Source: Candidatus Amesbacteria bacterium GW2011_GWB1_47_19 | Lineage (GTDB): Bacteria > Patescibacteriota > Microgenomatia > CAZETR01 > Amesbacteraceae | Direction: 5' to 3' | Assembly (NCBI GenBank): GCA_001002325.1 | Contig: LCNZ01000008.1 | Coordinates: 1-40,009 of the forward strand | Length of the DNA: 40,009 nucleotides | Shown: positions 36,095 through 40,009 of the stretch, in pieces | Numbering within the stretch: position 1 is the first letter of the stretch | How the letters are laid out: every line of letters starts with the position of its first letter | Notes under the pieces: generated by a model | The model's database searches: none | What the model was told of the DNA's origin: nothing | The model's input: only the letters and a program-made list of their open reading frames with translations | Translations under genes and position numbers: made by a program

Positions 36095-38199
36095 GAAACA
36101 GAGTTTTCAGCAGGAAGCTGACGCAGGAGAATTTCCCGGGGTTTTGATCCATCAGCCGGACCGACAACCCCGGCCTGCTGCAACTCGTCCAGGATTCTGG
36201 CTGCCCGAGCGTAACCTATGGATAATTTGCGTTGGAGGAAAGAGGCGGAAGCATTGTCGTGCCGGATAATAAGTTCGAATGCCGCCTCAAACAAAGTATC
36301 CCGTTCTGTTCCTTCGGAAGGACCGGGGACTGAACCTTTGCCTAGCCGGCGGGAAGTTACGGGGGTGGTGGTTACTTCCTGGGTGTAGTGCGGGGCAATC
36401 CCCTGTTTTTTCAGAAAATCTATTAACTGGCGGATTTCCCGGTCTGAGACGAAAGCTCCCTGGATACGCGAAGGCTTGGCCTGGTCGGGAGGTATATATA
36501 ACATATCCCCGCGTCCGAGCAGTTTTTCCGCTCCCGGTCCGTCAATGATAACCCGGGAATCTATCATCGATGATACGGCAAAGGCGATACGGGCGGGAAT
36601 ATTGGCTTTTATAAGACCGGTAATAATATCTACGGAAGGACGCTGGGTGGAAATAACCAGATGGATGCCGGTAGCCCGGGCCATTTGGGCGATACGGGTA
36701 ATGGCGTCCTCAACTTCGACGGGGGCAAATAACATGATATCCGCTAATTCGTCGACAAAGATAATAATATACGGTTCTGACTGAAAACCGGCCAGTTCGT
36801 TGTAGGCTTCAAGGTTTCTGACTCCGACCTCGGCGAATTTTTTGTAACGGTTATCCATTTCCATCATCGCCCAGTTAAGCGCCGAGAGAACCTGACGGGG
36901 TTCTACAATCACCGGCGACAGGAGGTGGGGAATGCCGTTGTAACCCGTAAGTTCAACACGCTTGGGATCGACCATGATGAGTTTTAATTCCTGCGGACTG
37001 GCCCGGAAGAGAAGTGAGGCAATAAAAGCATTGATACAGACAGACTTACCCGAACCGGTGGCACCAGCGATGAGAATGTGAGGCATGCGGCCGATATCCG
37101 AAACTACCGGTGATCCGGAAACATCCAATCCCATGGCAACCGCCAGTTTACTCTTATGATTTTTCATGGTATCGGATTCTAGAATTTTTCGAAGACTGAC
37201 AAATTCCGGCGACCGGTTTGGAAGTTCTATACCTACCATGGCGCGACCGGGTATGGGTGCTTCGATGCGGATTTGGCCGGTAGGAGCAGCCAGAGCCAAG
37301 GCCAAGTCGCTACCCAAGGCGCTTATTTTTGAGAGCTTGGTTCCAATGGCGACCTCAAGTGCATATTGGGTAACCGCCGGACCCAGGTTGACTTCGACCA
37401 CTTTGGCAGTAATACCGAAAGCCTCCAATGTTTTTTCGATGGTAGCGGCATTAGTGTTGACGTTTCCGCGATCGGCTTTACCGGAGATGTTTTCCGACAA
37501 TAATGATAACGGCGGATAGTGCCAAGGGGCAGTGGCGGCCGAAGCGGGCGGAGCCGGAGGCGAAGCAAAAGCCGGTGGGGACTTGGAAGTATCGGATCTA
37601 CCTACGAGTCCCGTAGTTTTTAAGGGAGAAAAGTTTTTTGGCGGGGATGAAGTATCCGCCATGCCTCCGATTTTGACCATTGAAGGAACTGGGTTCCGGC
37701 TGCCAATGCGTGACGAAACCGCAGCAAAGAATTTGACCAGGTAATTGAGCAGGTCCTCAAAGGGAATATTGAGCATGATGATCAACCCAATACCCAAACC
37801 GGTAAGTAAAAAAAGGTAAGCTCCGGGAACGGAGAGGAAGAGACTGATATTGGCCAGCATTTCCCGACCGGCAAGACTTCCGGGTGAAAGTCCGGCAATA
37901 GCAGTGATGAGGATCAGACTACCGATAAAGACGTGAGGCTGACTGAGGGCGGCTTTTATTTTGGTGATCATTAATCCTCCTGTGAGAAGCGGGAAGGGAA
38001 GAAGAAAAACGGCCGGCAGTCCCAGATGGGTAATCAGAAAGCTGTTAAGTCGGGTAAGAATGATGCCTTGTTTGAGAAAGGAAACCCATATCAGACCGGC
38101 AACCGAAAATAGTAGTACGGCCGTGATGGAATACACTGTAGATTTTTTCAGTTTGACGCGAAAGTTTTTCCGCCCCAAAAAAGAGTGTCTGCGTGCCAT
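36091..38199 (-). CDS. ftsK: DNA translocase FtsK/SpoIIIE
   Basis: 4 TM segments, GATGSGKS, VDELAD, TQRPS, GAEKLLGRGDML, gamma domain LQRKLSIGYARAAR; TATAAT at 38213-38208. Confidence 0.97.
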   Translation of the reverse strand: MARRHSFLGRKNFRVKLKKSTVYSITAVLLFSVAGLIWVSFLKQGIILTRLNSFLITHLGLPAVFLLPFPLLTGGLMITKIKAALSQPHVFIGSLILITAIAGLSPGSLAGREMLANISLFLSVPGAYLFLLTGLGIGLIIMLNIPFEDLLNYLVKFFAAVSSRIGSRNPVPSMVKIGGMADTSSPPKNFSPLKTTGLVGRSDTSKSPPAFASPPAPPASAATAPWHYPPLSLLSENISGKADRGNVNTNAATIEKTLEAFGITAKVVEVNLGPAVTQYALEVAIGTKLSKISALGSDLALALAAPTGQIRIEAPIPGRAMVGIELPNRSPEFVSLRKILESDTMKNHKSKLAVAMGLDVSGSPVVSDIGRMPHILIAGATGSGKSVCINAFIASLLFRASPQELKLIMVDPKRVELTGYNGIPHLLSPVIVEPRQVLSALNWAMMEMDNRYKKFAEVGVRNLEAYNELAGFQSEPYIIIFVDELADIMLFAPVEVEDAITRIAQMARATGIHLVISTQRPSVDIITGLIKANIPARIAFAVSSMIDSRVIIDGPGAEKLLGRGDMLYIPPDQAKPSRIQGAFVSDREIRQLIDFLKKQGIAPHYTQEVTTTPVTSRRLGKGSVPGPSEGTERDTLFEAAFELIIRHDNASASFLQRKLSIGYARAARILDELQQAGVVGPADGSKPREILLRQLPAENSVS

Positions 38200-38223
38200 G
38201 TCAAATCATTATATCCTGTCGGA

Positions 38224-39906
38224 CTAGACTTCGACCACCACCGGCAGAATCATCGGCCGGCGATGGGTGCGGTCAAAAAAGAATCTCTCCAAAACGTCTG
38301 TGACAAGTTGGCGAAGGTGGCGGTCCGACTCGATTTTGCCTGTTTTAGCTGCGACCGCCTGTCGGATTTTGTCCGAAGCCTGATTCAGAAGGGAGGCATT
38401 TTGCTTATCGAATACAAAACCACGGCTGACTAGTTCAAGATTTATCAAGCGGGAAAGGTCGTTTTGGTCTGTTTCCAAGACGACGACTACGACGCCTTCC
38501 TCTGCCAGAACCCGACGGTCCCGAAGTACGACATGACCCACATCGCCAATACCCAAGCCGTCGACCATGATGTTTTTTACTTCGACTGTTGGTCCCAGAC
38601 GGACATTCTGGGGAGTTATCTCTATACTTTGATTAATTGAAGGAAGCAGTATGGATTCCGGGGTATACCCCATTTGTTGCGCCAGATGAGAATACTGGAC
38701 CATATGGCGGTATGTACCCCCGATGGGGAGCAGAAAACCCGGGCGGGTAAGAGCCATCATCAGCAATAAATCCTGCTGACTGCCGTGTCCGGAAACGTGC
38801 AGGTTATCTGTCAATCCTGAATAGACCACCGTAGCTCCCAGCCGGGCCAGGGAATCGATTAAAGACTGGACGGCGCTTTCATTTCCGGGAATGTAATCTG
38901 AAGAAAAAACCACTTTATCACCCGGAGTAATCACCAGGTCTTTGTGATCCCGCGTAGCCAGACGTTCCAGTGCCGAACCGGCTTGGGCTTGTGAGCCGGC
39001 GATCAGGACACAGACATTTTTCGGAGGCAGCTTTTTTACATCCTTGAGATCCGCAAAGGCATTTTTGGGTATCCGGAAATATCCCAGACGGGAGGCAACA
39101 TCAAGATTTCTTTCTATGGAACGTCCGGAAACTGCGATGCGGCGGCCATGGCGGATAGCGGCCTGAGCCGCCTGATACCAGCGGCTGATATTACTACTCA
39201 TGGTGGTAACGATAAATTTTCCTGAACAGGAAGACATTTCTTTTTCCAGTGTTTCCTCCAGAGTTTTTTCCGAAGGGGTGTGTCCCCGGCGTTCGCTACC
39301 TAAGCAGTCCGATACAAGTAATGTAACGCCTTCGGTGCCCGCACGGGCGATGCGGCGAATGTCCGGTTGGACACCGTCCACGGGAGTGAAATCGAACTTG
39401 AAATCACTGCCATGATAGACGGTTCCCACCGGAGTACCAATAATGAGGTTGGTGGCATCCGGTATGGAATGGGAAACGCGGACTGATTCTACCCGGAAAG
39501 AGCCGAGATTTAATACCGTCCCGGGATCCAGGATATTTACCTGGCGGGGAAGGTTTTCGTATTCGGCCAGTTTGTCCATGATGAGGTGGGCTGTAAGTTT
39601 GGACCCGTATATCGGAGTCCGACCCAATTGGGGAAGGATATAAGGCAGGGCACCAGTATGATCTTCGTGACCATGGGTAATTACCAATCCCCGGATTTTG
39701 TCAATTTTATTTTTCAGATAAGAGACATCGGGTACCAGGATGTCTACTCCCAGCATGTCTTGGGTCGGAAAGCCCATACCACAATCCACGAGAAGAATAT
39801 CCGGTCCGTATTCGTAAACAAACATGTTGGTGGTAACTTTTCCAAACCCGCCCAACGACACAATCTTTAGTAACTGGGGTTGAGATGTACCCGATGTAAA
39901 TTTCAT
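38224..39906 (-). CDS. rnj: Ribonuclease J
   Basis: THGHEDHTG, HSIPD, DFKFD, HVSGH, RRPMILPV. Confidence 0.96.
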   Translation of the reverse strand: MKFTSGTSQPQLLKIVSLGGFGKVTTNMFVYEYGPDILLVDCGMGFPTQDMLGVDILVPDVSYLKNKIDKIRGLVITHGHEDHTGALPYILPQLGRTPIYGSKLTAHLIMDKLAEYENLPRQVNILDPGTVLNLGSFRVESVRVSHSIPDATNLIIGTPVGTVYHGSDFKFDFTPVDGVQPDIRRIARAGTEGVTLLVSDCLGSERRGHTPSEKTLEETLEKEMSSCSGKFIVTTMSSNISRWYQAAQAAIRHGRRIAVSGRSIERNLDVASRLGYFRIPKNAFADLKDVKKLPPKNVCVLIAGSQAQAGSALERLATRDHKDLVITPGDKVVFSSDYIPGNESAVQSLIDSLARLGATVVYSGLTDNLHVSGHGSQQDLLLMMALTRPGFLLPIGGTYRHMVQYSHLAQQMGYTPESILLPSINQSIEITPQNVRLGPTVEVKNIMVDGLGIGDVGHVVLRDRRVLAEEGVVVVVLETDQNDLSRLINLELVSRGFVFDKQNASLLNQASDKIRQAVAAKTGKIESDRHLRQLVTDVLERFFFDRTHRRPMILPVVVEV

Positions 39907-39909
39907 TGG

Positions 39910-40008
39910 TTAAAAGAGGCTGGTTTGAATATTTAAAGCGTCCGGTGTAATTTCCGGAAGACTTTTTCCGACTGGTGTAATCAACATGTCATTCAGCTTG
40001 CGAAAATC
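39910..40008 (-). CDS. 3' end of an upstream gene (partial; possibly uracil-DNA glycosylase)
   Basis: Open frame DFRKLNDMLITPVGKSLPEITPDALNIQTSLF* ending 3 nt before rnj. The product is a guess from the DFxKL tail. Confidence 0.45.
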   Translation of the reverse strand, partial: DFRKLNDMLITPVGKSLPEITPDALNIQTSLF

Positions 40009-40009
40009 C

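Noticed and set aside
16258-39870. Numerous 60-175 aa alternative-frame and antisense ORFs over ribosomal, rpo, alaS, ftsK and rnj genes
   Set aside because: They are shadows of well-conserved genes in moderately GC-rich DNA, with no independent motifs.
1-40009. CRISPR array, rRNA or IS element
   Set aside because: I saw no regularly spaced repeats, rRNA-like sequence, transposase or terminal inverted repeats.

Overview
This is a bacterial chromosome segment, most likely Patescibacteria/CPR of Microgenomates type. That is inferred from the compact RpoB, truncated AlaRS, FtsA/baseplate-J-like fusion, sortase and scarce Shine-Dalgarno sites. TGA is used as a stop, so the code is 11. The right part (16.1-40 kb, almost all minus strand) is housekeeping: rnj, ftsK, a RodZ-like gene, alaS, sortase, a MazG-like gene, yqgF/ruvX, mltG, then rpoB-rpoC-rpsL-rpsG-rpsD-rpoA-rplQ-rplM-rpsI-tRNA-Pro(GGG). 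The fusA/tuf/S10/spc block is missing between rpsG and rpsD, and the RNA polymerase trigger loop and Rif pocket are strongly divergent. The left part (1-16.07 kb) is a variable locus anchored at the tRNA-Pro 3' end, which occurs three times. It holds (i) an AT-rich 8.2-kb island with no integrase, encoding a nucleoside phosphorylase, three glycosyltransferases, two methyltransferases and an APH-like kinase; (ii) a possible oversized tRNA-like RNA at the island edge; (iii) a one-gene mini-insert; and (iv) an unusual Rhs locus. In the Rhs locus a membrane-anchored SpvB/TcB-like YD-repeat shell ends in a Pro/Thr linker plus lectin-like domain instead of the Rhs core. The Rhs core plus tip is encoded in separate modules that begin at the same breakpoint. 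One tip is a class I SAM-dependent methyltransferase with no immunity gene, and a second module has its own signal-peptide-like start. This split Rhs/methyltransferase-effector arrangement is the best candidate for an undescribed system. All family assignments come from motif recognition by eye; no searches were run.
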